A stretch of DNA of 64,000 nucleotides from Corallococcus sp. AB038B (GTDB lineage: Bacteria > Myxococcota > Myxococcia > Myxococcales > Myxococcaceae), in contig NZ_RAWO01000002.1 of assembly GCF_003668955.1 (NCBI RefSeq), forward strand, positions 535,605-599,604. The letters are read 5' to 3'. This document shows positions 27,832 to 39,400 of the stretch, one piece after another; within the stretch, counting starts at the first letter, position 1, and each line of letters opens with the position of its first letter. The translations under genes were made by a program, and so were the position numbers. The notes below the pieces were generated by a model, which was given only the letters and a program-made list of their open reading frames with translations, made no database searches and was not told the DNA's origin.

Positions 27832-29430
27832 CTACCGGCGCTTCTGCGCCGCGTCCGCGTGCTTCTCCATGAACTCCGAATACGGGCCGTTGAAGTCGAG
27901 CACTTCCTTGCCCGCCTCCAGGCTCCAGATGCGGGTCGCGACCTCGGAGATGAGCTCCTGGTCGTGCGTCACGCAGATGACCGTGCCGTCGAACTTCGAC
28001 AGGCCTTCGGCCAGCGCCGCGATGGACTCCAGGTCCAGGTGGTTCGTCGGCTCGTCCAGGATGAGCACGTTGTCCTGCGTGATCATCAGCTTGGACAACA
28101 GCACGCGCACCGTCTCACCACCGGAGAGCGTGTCCGTGGGCTTCATCCGCTCCTCACCCGAGAAGAGCATCCGGCCCAACACGCCCGAAATCTCCTCGTT
28201 CGTCAGCTTCTCGCTGATCTCCCGCAGGTAGCCGAAGCACGTCGTCCCCTTGTGGATGACGCCGTGGTGGTCCTGCGGCAGGTAGCCCACCGTCGCCTGG
28301 TGGCCCCAGGTGATGGTCCCCGCGTCCGGCTCCAGCTGGTTGGCCAGCATCTTCACCAGCGTGGACTTACCCACGGCGTTGCGGCCAATCACGCAGATGC
28401 GCTCGCCCTTGCAGACCAGGCCCGTGAACGGCTTGATGACCGGCACCCCGTCGAAGGACTTCTTCAGGCCCTCGAACATCAGCGTCTGACGACCGCTGAT
28501 CACCTTCTGGTCGAACCGGATGAACGGCCGCGCGATGTTCGAGCGCTTCAGGTCCTCCGTCTTCAGCTTGTCGATCTGCTTGATGCGGCTCTGCACCTGC
28601 GACGCTCGCGTACCGGCGTGGAAGCGCGCCACGAAGTCCTGCAGCTGGGCGATCTTCTTCTTCTTCTCTTCCGTCTCGGACTCGACCCGGGTCCGCAGCT
28701 GCGACTTCTGCCGGACCATGTCGTCGTAACCACCCGTGTACTGGATGATGGTCTCGTAATCGATGTCCGCGATGTGCGTGCAGATGGAGTTCAGGAAGTG
28801 CCGGTCGTGGCTGATGGTGATCAGCACGCCCTCGTACACATGGAGGAAGTTCTCCAGCCAGCGGATGGAGTCGATATCCAGGTTGTTCGTGGGCTCGTCG
28901 AGCAGCAGCCCCTCCGGCTTGCCGAACAGCGCCTGCGCGAGCAGCACTCGCAGCTTCAGGCCGCCCGTCAGCTGGCGCATGGGCTCTTCGTGGAAGGACT
29001 CCTCGATGCCCAGGCCGGCCAGCAGCGTGGCCGCGTCGCTCTCCGCCGAGTAGCCGTCCTCTTCCGCGATGACGCCTTCCAGCTCACCCAGCCGGTTGCC
29101 GTCCTCCTCGGTGATGTCGGCCTTGGCCAGGAGCTTGTTCTTCTCGTCCATCGCCGCCCACAGGTGGCGGTTGCCCATCAGCACCACGTCGATGACGCGG
29201 TCGCTCTCGTAGCGGAAGTGGTCCTGGCGCAGGATGCCCAGCTTCCGCGGGCGGATGATGTCGCCCATGTCCTGCTCCTCGTCTCCCGCGAGGATCTTCA
29301 TGAACGTGGACTTGCCGGCCCCGTTCGGACCGGTCAGGCCGTAGCGGCGGCCCGGCGAGAAGGCGACGTTGACCTCCTCGAACAGCTTCTTGGGCCCATA
29401 GGCCTTGGAGACGTTGATGACGTTGAACAT
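27832..29430 (-). CDS. ABC-F family ATPase (translation factor type, two ABC domains).
   Basis: It is read from MFNVINVSKAYGPKK (532 aa). Two Walker A motifs (GPNGAGKST / GRNAVGKST) and two LSGG signatures are present. The upstream part of the track ORF is non-coding. Confidence 0.85.
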   Translation of the reverse strand: MFNVINVSKAYGPKKLFEEVNVAFSPGRRYGLTGPNGAGKSTFMKILAGDEEQDMGDIIRPRKLGILRQDHFRYESDRVIDVVLMGNRHLWAAMDEKNKLLAKADITEEDGNRLGELEGVIAEEDGYSAESDAATLLAGLGIEESFHEEPMRQLTGGLKLRVLLAQALFGKPEGLLLDEPTNNLDIDSIRWLENFLHVYEGVLITISHDRHFLNSICTHIADIDYETIIQYTGGYDDMVRQKSQLRTRVESETEEKKKKIAQLQDFVARFHAGTRASQVQSRIKQIDKLKTEDLKRSNIARPFIRFDQKVISGRQTLMFEGLKKSFDGVPVIKPFTGLVCKGERICVIGRNAVGKSTLVKMLANQLEPDAGTITWGHQATVGYLPQDHHGVIHKGTTCFGYLREISEKLTNEEISGVLGRMLFSGEERMKPTDTLSGGETVRVLLSKLMITQDNVLILDEPTNHLDLESIAALAEGLSKFDGTVICVTHDQELISEVATRIWSLEAGKEVLDFNGPYSEFMEKHADAAQKRR

Positions 29431-29479
29431 GGCGGCGGCTTGTAACGGAAATGGCGCGGCGACCCAAGACGCGCGGTAA

Positions 29480-30883
<1,404 letters not shown>

Positions 30884-30992
30884 AGTCCGTGCGGGTGGCC
30901 CTCCGCCCGCCCTCCGGCCGGGTTGTGACGGGCCGCACGCGAACGGCGGTGCGGCGGGACGTGGCGGGTTAGCCTGCGGTGCTACCTGCCGC

Positions 30993-32177
30993 ATGGACCC
31001 GCGCGTCGCCACCCTCCTGAGTCACGTCCGCTCGAGCGCGGAGAACCGGCCCGGCGTGTACCGGTTCTTCGGTCCCGCTGGGGAGCTGCTCTACGTGGGC
31101 AAGTCCGTGCGGGTGCGCACTCGGCTCCTGTCTTACTTCCGCGCGGACGAGGGCGAGAAGGCCTGGGAGATCGTCGCCCAGGCGCACCAGGTGGAGTGGG
31201 AGTACACGGCCAGCGAGTTCGCGGCGCTCCTGCATGAGTTCCGGCTGATCAAGAGCCACCGGCCTCTCTACAACGTGGAGCACAAGCGCGACCGCGCGCA
31301 CTGCTTCCTCCAGCTCACGCGCGAGGCCGTGCCCCGGCTGCGCGTGGTGGGCCAGCCGGGTGGCGGTGGTCGCGCGGAGTACTTCGGGCCCTTCCACGGC
31401 CGGCACACCATGGCGGACGTGGTGCGCGCGGTGAACGACCTGCTGGAGCTGCGCGACTGCCCGTCCGAGACGCCCATGCGGCTGGCGGATCAGATCCAGC
31501 TCTTCCCCCTGAAGGACGACCCGCGGTGCATGCGTGGGCAGACGGCGCGGTGCCTGTCTCCGTGCGCGGGCGGGTGCACGACGGCGGAGTACCTGGCGCA
31601 GGTCTCGCTGGCTCGGGCGTTCCTCAACGGCGAGTCGGACCGGCCGCTGGTCATCCTGCGCGAGCGCATGGCGATGGCGGCGCGGCGGCTCCAGTTCGAA
31701 TACGCGGCGGAGCTGAGGGATCGCGCGGAGCGGCTGGAGAACGTGCAGGCGTGGATCGTCGAGCTGGGGCGCACGCTGCGGCGGCTGTCGCTGGTCTACA
31801 CGGTGCGCGGGCACGGCGGGGAGGACCGCACGTATGTGCTGCGGCGGGGGCGGATCCGCGCGGAGGTGCCCACGCCCCGGACGCCGGAGGAGCAGGCGGC
31901 GCTGGACGCACGCGTGCGGGACATCTTCGACGTGCCGGAGCCGGAGGCGATTGGCCTCCGCGCCCAGGAGGCCCAGGAGGTGATGCTCGTCGCGAAGTGG
32001 TTCCGCCTGCACCCGGCGGAGCTGGATGCGACGGTGCCTGCCCCCGCGCGGGCCGGGAGCGATGAGCCCTTCGAGGAGGCGGCGGAGGCGCGGGCCGCGC
32101 TGGCTCGCACGCTGGAGCGCACCGTGGAGGGACCGGACGAACCGGAGCCTGACGTCGCCTCCGAGTCGGTGGGGTGA
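30993..32177 (+). CDS. GIY-YIG nuclease plus UVR-domain protein (UvrC N-terminal/Cho-like).
   Basis: GIY-YIG is present (PGVYRFFGPAGELLYVGKS..R). A UVR motif (..FEYAAELRDRAERLE..) is present. There is no RNaseH/HhH C-terminal half. Confidence 0.7.
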   Translation: MDPRVATLLSHVRSSAENRPGVYRFFGPAGELLYVGKSVRVRTRLLSYFRADEGEKAWEIVAQAHQVEWEYTASEFAALLHEFRLIKSHRPLYNVEHKRDRAHCFLQLTREAVPRLRVVGQPGGGGRAEYFGPFHGRHTMADVVRAVNDLLELRDCPSETPMRLADQIQLFPLKDDPRCMRGQTARCLSPCAGGCTTAEYLAQVSLARAFLNGESDRPLVILRERMAMAARRLQFEYAAELRDRAERLENVQAWIVELGRTLRRLSLVYTVRGHGGEDRTYVLRRGRIRAEVPTPRTPEEQAALDARVRDIFDVPEPEAIGLRAQEAQEVMLVAKWFRLHPAELDATVPAPARAGSDEPFEEAAEARAALARTLERTVEGPDEPEPDVASESVG

Positions 32178-32356
32178 TGACGCCGGACATCACCCGGCGC
32201 ACGGCTGTCATCAGCGGCGCGGGCCTTCGCTGACAAGGACAGGCCCACGGCGCTTGGAAACACAGGGGTTTGGCGTTCACCCCAGGCAGCACGAGCGCTG
32301 GCACACGCCGTGCTCATGGGACGGGCATCCCCGCTGTTTCTTCGAGGCCCTATCCC

Positions 32357-33118
32357 ATGGCGATCTCTTCCCTCTCGCGTCCGTCCTCCAGCCCGTGCGC
32401 GAAGGTGTCCCCCGAAGCCGCGCAGGCCCCGCGGAATGTCGTGGTGAAGGTCGTCAACGCCGACGGCTCTCCCGTGAAGACGGTGGACTCCGCGAAGCAG
32501 CCCCAGGAGTTCGCCAAGCTGCTGAAGGAGCTGGGCCTGACGAAGGAGTCCCTGCTGAAGGGCGAGGGCGTGAAGGCCCAGGGCCCGAAGCCCACCACCG
32601 GCTCGCAGAGCTTCCAGCAGAACTGGCAGCGCGACAGCTTCGAGCCGGCCAAGGCCCAGGCCCAGAAGCCCCAGCCCACTCCGGCTCCGACGCCCGCTCC
32701 CACGCAGGTGCAAGGCGCGAAGGGCCCGTCCTCCGGCAAGAGCGCGGATCAGGTGGCCCAGGACATCGCGAAGGAGGCCACGTCCTGGAAGTACGACTAC
32801 TCGGGCGGCAAGACGTGGGATGCGGCCATGAAGAACTCCAGCAACTTCGACGCGTCCAAGTCCGGCGTCTGCGTGGACATGGCCATCGAGGCCGAGCAGC
32901 GCTTCGAGCAGGCCGGCGTGGACGCGCGCGTCGTCTTCGGCAATACGGACCGGGGCGCCCACGCGTGGGTGGAGTTCAAGGACGACAAGGGCCAGTTCCA
33001 GGCCTTCGACCCTACCGCCGCGGCCTGCACCAAGAAGGCTGACGACGCCATCACCCCGTATGACAGCGGCGCCTACCAGTACCAGGGCGTCACCGAGACC
33101 CACCAGGCCGTGGGCTGA
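32357..33118 (+). CDS. Hypothetical protein with a C-terminal transglutaminase-like (Cys-His-Asp) domain.
   Basis: ..SKSGVCVDMA...GAHAWVEFKDDKGQFQAFDP.. gives C/H/D spacing typical of transglutaminase-like cysteine peptidases. The N-terminus is low-complexity. Confidence 0.45.
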   Translation: MAISSLSRPSSSPCAKVSPEAAQAPRNVVVKVVNADGSPVKTVDSAKQPQEFAKLLKELGLTKESLLKGEGVKAQGPKPTTGSQSFQQNWQRDSFEPAKAQAQKPQPTPAPTPAPTQVQGAKGPSSGKSADQVAQDIAKEATSWKYDYSGGKTWDAAMKNSSNFDASKSGVCVDMAIEAEQRFEQAGVDARVVFGNTDRGAHAWVEFKDDKGQFQAFDPTAAACTKKADDAITPYDSGAYQYQGVTETHQAVG

Positions 33119-33174
33119 GGTCTCCCGCCTCAGTTCGGGTCTTGCTCGATTCCGGGCCGCAATGACAGTCCGTG

Positions 33175-33735
33175 CTACCGGAGGTTCCGGATGACGCGAC
33201 AGGGATTGCCGGCGGCGAAGACATACGGAGGAATGTCCCGCGTCACCACGCTGCCCGCGCCGATGGTGGTTCCCTCGCCGATGGTGACGCCCGGGCAGAT
33301 GATGGAGCCGCCGCCAATCCACACCTTCGAACCGATGGTGACGGCGCGGCCCAGCTCCGGGCCCTTGATGCGCTCATCCGGGTCCAGGGGATGCGTGGCC
33401 GCGTACACCTGCACGCCCGGGCCGAAGGACACGTCGTCCCCAATCGTCACCGTGTTGCAGTCCAGGATGACGCACTGGAAGTTCATGAAGACGCGCTCGC
33501 CCAGCCGGATGTGCTCGCCGTAGTCGCAGAGGAACGGCGGTTCGATCCACGTTCCGGCGCCCACCTTGCCCAGCAACTCGGCGAGCAGGCTTTCACGCAG
33601 CGGCAGCTCGTCCTCGGTGGACTGGTTGTAGGCGCGCAGGAGCTTGCGGGCGCGGACCCGCTCGGCCGTCAGCTGTGGGGCGGTGGCGACGTAGAGCTCG
33701 CCCGCGAGCATCTTCTCTTTCTCGGTTCGTGCCAT
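33175..33735 (-). CDS. Hexapeptide-repeat O-acetyltransferase (maltose/galactoside O-acetyltransferase family).
   Basis: A left-handed beta-helix is indicated by hexapeptide repeats (..IGDDVSFGPGVQVY..IGSKVWIGGGSIICPGVTIGEGTTIGAGSVV..). Confidence 0.8.
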   Translation of the reverse strand: MARTEKEKMLAGELYVATAPQLTAERVRARKLLRAYNQSTEDELPLRESLLAELLGKVGAGTWIEPPFLCDYGEHIRLGERVFMNFQCVILDCNTVTIGDDVSFGPGVQVYAATHPLDPDERIKGPELGRAVTIGSKVWIGGGSIICPGVTIGEGTTIGAGSVVTRDIPPYVFAAGNPCRVIRNLR

Positions 33736-33839
33736 GCCCTGAAGAGTAGTCCCCCGTTCCCCAGGATGGTGAACAGCCCGCGTTCCGGCTGCGCGGACAC
33801 GGGTGACACCGCACAGTGCGGCCAGCGAGGATGCCGCCC

Positions 33840-34613
33840 ATGAGGATTGAGCGGGTCGAGGAGACGCTGGAGCGCATCCGTCGCGAGGTGGAGCGGACGC
33901 CGGACGGTGTGCTGGCCTTCGACGGTGACGGCACGCTGTGGAGCGGGGACGTGGGCGACGACCTGTTCATGGCCCTGCTGGAGCACGGCGGCGTTCGCCC
34001 CGAGGCCCGCGTGGCGCTGGAGCGGCTGGGGGCCCGCCACGGCGTGGAGTCGCATCCGGACGCGGTGACGCTGGCGCACGCGCTGTTCAAGGCGTTCGAG
34101 GCCGGGCGCCTGCCGGAGAAGGACACCTACGAGATGATGGCGTGGGTCTTCGCCGGCTGGCACGCGGAGGAGATGCGCGGCTTCGCGCTCGACGTGGTGG
34201 CCCGGCGAGGCGTGGCCGGTCGCGTCCATCCGGAAGCCCGCCGCGTGGTGGAGTGGGCCCGGGGGCAGGGCGTGGACTGCTACGTGGTCAGCGCGTCGCC
34301 GCGCGCGGTGGTGGAGGCCGCGGTGCGCGAGGTGGGCATCACGCCTGACTTCGTGGTGGCGTGCACGCCGAAGGAAGAGGGCGGACGGCTGCTGACGTCT
34401 GTCTTCGAGCCCGTGCCCTACGGCCCCGGCAAGGTGAACAGCCTGAGGCTGCGGACGGACCGGCCTCTCTACGCTGCGTTCGGCGACAACGTGTTCGATT
34501 TGGAGTTGCTCGCGGCCTCCCGCGTCCCGGTGGCCATCCGGCCCAAGGCTCGGCTGCGTGACCGCGCGGCGGAGCTTCCCGCGCTGGTGCAGCTGCATCC
34601 CGAAGAGGCCTGA
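33840..34613 (+). CDS. HAD-superfamily hydrolase (HAD-IB, phosphoserine-phosphatase-like).
   Basis: Motif I DGDGTLW and motif IV (..FGDNVFD..) are present. Confidence 0.7.
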   Translation: MRIERVEETLERIRREVERTPDGVLAFDGDGTLWSGDVGDDLFMALLEHGGVRPEARVALERLGARHGVESHPDAVTLAHALFKAFEAGRLPEKDTYEMMAWVFAGWHAEEMRGFALDVVARRGVAGRVHPEARRVVEWARGQGVDCYVVSASPRAVVEAAVREVGITPDFVVACTPKEEGGRLLTSVFEPVPYGPGKVNSLRLRTDRPLYAAFGDNVFDLELLAASRVPVAIRPKARLRDRAAELPALVQLHPEEA

Positions 34614-34710
34614 CGCAAAACGGGCGTGGAGGAGGACTCCACGCCCGTCTTACTGAAACATCCATGCGCCGCTTCGTGGGTGACCACGAAGCGGCGTCAC
34701 GTTGGCGCGG

Positions 34711-36456
34711 TCAGCTCCCCGTGACGGGGACGAACTCCACGCGGCGGTTCGCGCTGCGGCCTTCCGGCGTCTCGTTGGACACGCGCGGACGGTCGGGGCC
34801 GAAGCCCTTCGCCTCCAGCCGCGAGCCCGCGATGCCCTTCTGGATGAGGTACGCGCGCACGCGGTTCGCGCGCTGCTGGCTCAGCGTGCGGTTGGCTTCC
34901 TCCGGACCGCTGTTGTCCGTGTGGCCTTCAATCCGGACGTTCAGCTTCGGGTTCGCCTTCAGGTAGGCCGCGATGTCATCCAGCTGCCGCTGCTCGTTCT
35001 CCTGGAACTCCGACTGGTTCACCGGGAACTGGACGATGTGCTCCAGCGGCGACGTCGTCTCCGCGGGCTTCTCCTCGGGCTGGGGCTTGGGCTCCTCGGG
35101 CTTGGGCTGTTCCTTCGCGGGGCAGCCACGCTCGGACGCGGGGCCGGCCTCGTTCGGGCAGGCATCGTCCTTGTCGGGCACGCCGTCGCCATCCGAGTCC
35201 TTCACGGGGCAGCCACGCTCGGACGCGGGGCCGGCCTGGTTCGGGCAGGCATCGTCCTTGTCGGGCACGCCGTCGCCATCCGAGTCCTTCACCGGGCAGC
35301 CGCGCTCGGACGAGGGACCGGCCTCGTTCGGGCACGGGTCCTCGCGATCCACCACGCCGTCGCCGTCCGAGTCCTTGTCCGGGCAGCCGTTGTTCTCCAC
35401 GGAGCCGGCCTCCAGCGGGCAGCGGTCGTCCTTGTTGGCCACGCCGTCGCCGTCGTCGTCCTCGTTCGGGCACTGCTCCGGCGTATGGCTGCGGCCGGTG
35501 CGGCACCGGTCCACGGGCTCGGGCTCGTTCGCGTACGCGATGCCCGCGGCCAGCCGGAACGACGGCGTGCCCGGGATGTCCGTGAAGCCGTGCCCGCCAA
35601 TCGCGAAGGCCTCGAAGCCCGCGCCCACCGGCAGCCGCACGCCGCCCAACAACTCCAGCGCCAGGTCCGACTCCACGAGCGACTCGGCGGCCTGCAGCGC
35701 GATTTCGGCGCGCAGCCCCTTGCCGCGCGTGGCCACCACCACGCCCTGCTCCAGCTCCGTGCCCACGTCGCGGCCCGGCTCCACTTCACGCGAGCGGATC
35801 CGGATGCCCGCGTTGGCACCCAGCACCACGGGGCCCACTTCGCGGCTGATGGACACGCGAGGCGCGAACTGGAACCCGGCCCAGCCCGCCTGACGGCCGA
35901 ACGCGTCCGCCGTGCCTCCCGGCAGCCCGATGTCCAATCCCAGGCCCAGGAACACCGGCGCGCCTTCTTCGCGCCGCAGCAGCTCGTAGCGCACGCCCAG
36001 CTCCGGCGTGCCCAGGCCGAACGAGTCCGGCTCGCTCACGCCCACCAGCTGCTCCGCGCCGTGACCGCCCTGCGCGATGATGACGGGCAGCTTCGCGGAG
36101 AACTCCAACCGGTCCACCGGCGACCACGCGCCGGCCAGCCAGCCCGCGGTGCGGTAGTGGAGGATGGAGCGCTCCAGTCCGTCACTGCCCTGGAGCAGGA
36201 GGATGCCGCGCTCGTAGTTGACCATGAGGAGCAGGCGGTAGCCGCCCTCGGGGAGAACGCGGCCGGTGTCCACCAGCATCGAGTCCGTCGCCGCCGGCGT
36301 GAAGCGCAGGCGCTCCAGGTCCAGCGGCCTGAGCGGGCTCGTGGTGGTCTGCCCGAACGCGGCGGGGGTGACGGCGGTGGCCAGCAGCGCGGCCAGCGCC
36401 CAGCTCTGAGCCTTCGTACGCAAGGGGAGGTCCATTCGAGAAAAGAGGGAGCGCAT
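34711..36456 (-). CDS. OmpA-family outer-membrane protein with thrombospondin type 3 Ca-binding repeats.
   Basis: A signal peptide is present. Five or more TSP3 repeats (DSDGDGVPDKDDACPN..) are present. The C-terminal OmpA domain reads ..NRTLSQQRANRVRAYL...RRVEF. Confidence 0.8.
   Translation of the reverse strand: MRSLFSRMDLPLRTKAQSWALAALLATAVTPAAFGQTTTSPLRPLDLERLRFTPAATDSMLVDTGRVLPEGGYRLLLMVNYERGILLLQGSDGLERSILHYRTAGWLAGAWSPVDRLEFSAKLPVIIAQGGHGAEQLVGVSEPDSFGLGTPELGVRYELLRREEGAPVFLGLGLDIGLPGGTADAFGRQAGWAGFQFAPRVSISREVGPVVLGANAGIRIRSREVEPGRDVGTELEQGVVVATRGKGLRAEIALQAAESLVESDLALELLGGVRLPVGAGFEAFAIGGHGFTDIPGTPSFRLAAGIAYANEPEPVDRCRTGRSHTPEQCPNEDDDGDGVANKDDRCPLEAGSVENNGCPDKDSDGDGVVDREDPCPNEAGPSSERGCPVKDSDGDGVPDKDDACPNQAGPASERGCPVKDSDGDGVPDKDDACPNEAGPASERGCPAKEQPKPEEPKPQPEEKPAETTSPLEHIVQFPVNQSEFQENEQRQLDDIAAYLKANPKLNVRIEGHTDNSGPEEANRTLSQQRANRVRAYLIQKGIAGSRLEAKGFGPDRPRVSNETPEGRSANRRVEFVPVTGS
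35119..35295. repeat. Near-identical ~85-bp tandem DNA repeat inside the OmpA gene (encodes the TSP3 units).
   Basis: ggggcagccacgctcggacgcggggccggcc(t/c)(c/g)gttcgggcaggcatcgtccttgtcgggcacgccgtcgccatccgagtccttcac occurs twice back to back. Confidence 0.6.
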
Positions 36457-36459
36457 GTC

Positions 36460-39400
36460 TCAGTTCCCCCGGGCCGGGTTCTGACGGCGACGCGACGAGC
36501 CCCAGGCCGCCAGCGCGGCGAGGAGCGCCAGCGCGGACGTGGTGCCACCGGTGCTGTTGCAGCCACCGCCGGCAATCTCCACGACCTGCGCCTGGACCCG
36601 GACCTGGAACGTGCACTGCGCGGTGTTGCCCGCCGCATCCGTCGCGGTGACGGTGACCTGCGTGGCACCGGCGGGGAAATCACTGCCCGACGCGGGCGAG
36701 GACGTCACGGTCGGATTGGCTGTCACCGCGTCCGTGGCCGTGGGCGTGAACGTCACCTGCGTGTTCGGCGCCACGGTGATGTCCGCGGGGCAGGTGAGGG
36801 TGGGCGCCGTGGTGTCCTGCACCGTCACCTGGAAGGTACAGGTGAGGCCGGTGGAGGTCGCGGTGACCGTCGTGGTGCCAATCGGGAACAGCGAGCCCGA
36901 CGGCTGCGAGTAGCTCACCGGGAGCCCTCCCGCCGGCTCCAGCACGGCGGGGTCGTAGGTCACGAGCGCGCCGTCTGGATCCGTCGCCTCCACGGTGAGG
37001 TTCGCGGGGCAGGTGAGGGTGGGGGGCACCGCGTCGTCCGTCACGTTGAGGGTCACGGTCGCGATGTTGCTGTCGTCGGCGCAGTCACGGACCCGGTAGG
37101 TGAAGCTGTCGGTGCCCACGAAGCCGGGGTTGGGGGTGTACTCGAGCGTCCCCTGCGCGCTGGTGCCGAGCGTGCCGTGCTGCGGCTGGGTGACCGCGGT
37201 CCAGCTCAACACCTGACCGGGGTCCGGATCCGTGCCGCTCAGGGCGATCGCCGTGACCGTGTCCTTCGGAACGACGACCGTCTGGTCCGCAGCCGTCGGA
37301 GGACGGTTGGCGACGACGGTCACCATCCGCCCGCCGGAGATGGCGTTGGCGAAGACGGACAGCCCGTAGGTGCCCACCGGCACGTCCGCGGGGACGGTCA
37401 CCGTCGCGCGCGTGGCCGAGGTGTTGCTGGAGGGAAGCGTCCAGAGACGCCCGCCTTCCGCGGCGCGGAACCGCACCAGGGGGAAGTCGGTGGGGGAGTC
37501 CGAGTAGCTGCCGCTGCTGCCTCCGGAGATGCCCCGGAACAGCATGCCCTCCAGGACGGTGGGGCAGGCCGCGACGAGGGTCACCGGATTCGTCACCGTG
37601 GGCCGCCACGCGGGCTGGGCGCCGTTCTCGTTGAACAGCTCCGCGTCGGGCGCACCCACGCCTCCCACGAGGAGGACTTCGCCTGAAGGCAGCGCGGTGG
37701 AGATCAGCCCTCCGCGCGTGGTGGGGTCCGCGACGGTCGTGAAGATGCGCAGCTGGGGATCGAAGATCTCCGCGGTGTCGACGTACGCGCCCAGGTCGGT
37801 CAGGCCGCCCGCGATCAGGACCTTGCCGGAGGGCAGCAATGTGGCGGTGTGGTGATAGCGCGACTGCGAGAGCGAGCCCACCGGAGTCCAGGTGTTCGTG
37901 GCGGGGTCGTACAGCTCCGCGGACGTGAGGTACGTGAGGCCCACGAGTCCTCCCGCCGCCAGCACCTGGCCCGAGGGCAGCAGCGTCAGCGTCAGCTCGT
38001 CCCGGATACCATTGAGGCTCGCCGCGGGGGCCCAGGTGTTCGTGACGGGGTCGTACAGCTCCGCCGAAGCCGTCTCCACGCCGGTGTTGTCATGGCCGCC
38101 AGCGACGAGCACCCTGCCGTCGTGGAGCAGCACCGCGCCATGGCTTGCACGCGCGACAGTGGGAGGCGCCGCCGCGCTCCAGGTGTTGGCGTCGGGCGAG
38201 TAGATCTCCGCGGAGGCGAGCACCGCGGCGTTGCGCTGGCCACCGGACACGAACACCCGGCCATCCGGAAGGAGCGTGGCGGAGTGGAGGTGCCTCGTGC
38301 CGAGGAGGTCGGCGGTGGGCAGCCAGGTTCCGGTGGTGGAGTCGTAGCGTTGGGCGGAGGCCGTCGAGACGCCCGCGTTGCGGCCACCGGCGACCAGCAC
38401 CTGGCCGGAGCGCAGGACGGTCGCGGTCGCGCGCTCGCGGGGCACGGCGAGCGCGGGCGCGGCGCTCCAGCTGTTGCTCGCGCGGTCATACACCTCCACC
38501 GCCGCCGAGGAACTGACGCCACGGCCTCCCGCGACGAGCACCTGACCGCCAGGCAGCAGCGCCACCATGGGGTCCGTCCGGGGCGTGCCCATGGCGCCGG
38601 CCGGGGACCACTGGCTCGCGGCGGGGTCGTAGACCTCCGTCTGCGCGAAGAACGTCAGGCCGGGGAGCTGGGCGAACCCGCCCGTGACGAACACCTTGCC
38701 CGAGGGCAGCAGCGTCGCGGTGTGGTTCTCGCGGGCGATGTTCATCGTGCCCGCGGAGGTCCAGGTGCCGGTGGCGGGGTCGTAGAGCTCCGATTCGATC
38801 TGCGCCGCCCTGGAAGTGTTGGAACCGCCGGTGACGAGGACGCGGCCATTGGGCAGCAACGTGGCCATGTGGCTGGCGCGCGGGAACGCGAGGCTGCCGG
38901 TCGCGGTCCAGGTGTTGGCGGCCGGGTCGTAGAGCTCCGACTGGGCCGTGACACCGCTCGCGGTGAAGCCACCCGCGACGAGCACGCGGCCGTCGGGCAG
39001 CAGGGTGCTGGTGGAGTAGTGGCGGGCCACCAGCGGGGGCGCGGCGGCGGACCAGGTGCCGCTGGCCGGATCGTAGAGGTCGGCGCCGGGCACCTCTCCG
39101 CTGCCGCTGAAGCCGCTCACCGCGAGCACCCGCCCGTCACGCAGCCGCGTCGACATGTGCGCGCCGCGGCCCTCGGTCATGGCGCCCGTGGCGGTGAAGG
39201 TGTTGGTCGCGGGGTCGTACAGTTCCGCGGTCGTGAGCCGGACGCCGCCACCGCCGGTGCCGCCCGCGATGAGGACCTGTCCCGTGGCCAGCAGCGTGGC
39301 CGTGGGGAGCGCGCGGGTCGTGGACATGTTGCCCGTGGCGGCCCAGGTGTTGGCGACGGGATCATAGAGGCGCCCCCCCTGCGAGCCATCGGTCAGCACC

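Noticed and set aside
27859-29445. A 528-aa + ORF.
   Set aside because: It is antisense to the ABC-F gene, with no motifs and poor codon bias.
34702-37686. A 994-aa + ORF.
   Set aside because: It is antisense to the OmpA and Kelch genes, and is R/G/A/H-rich low-complexity.
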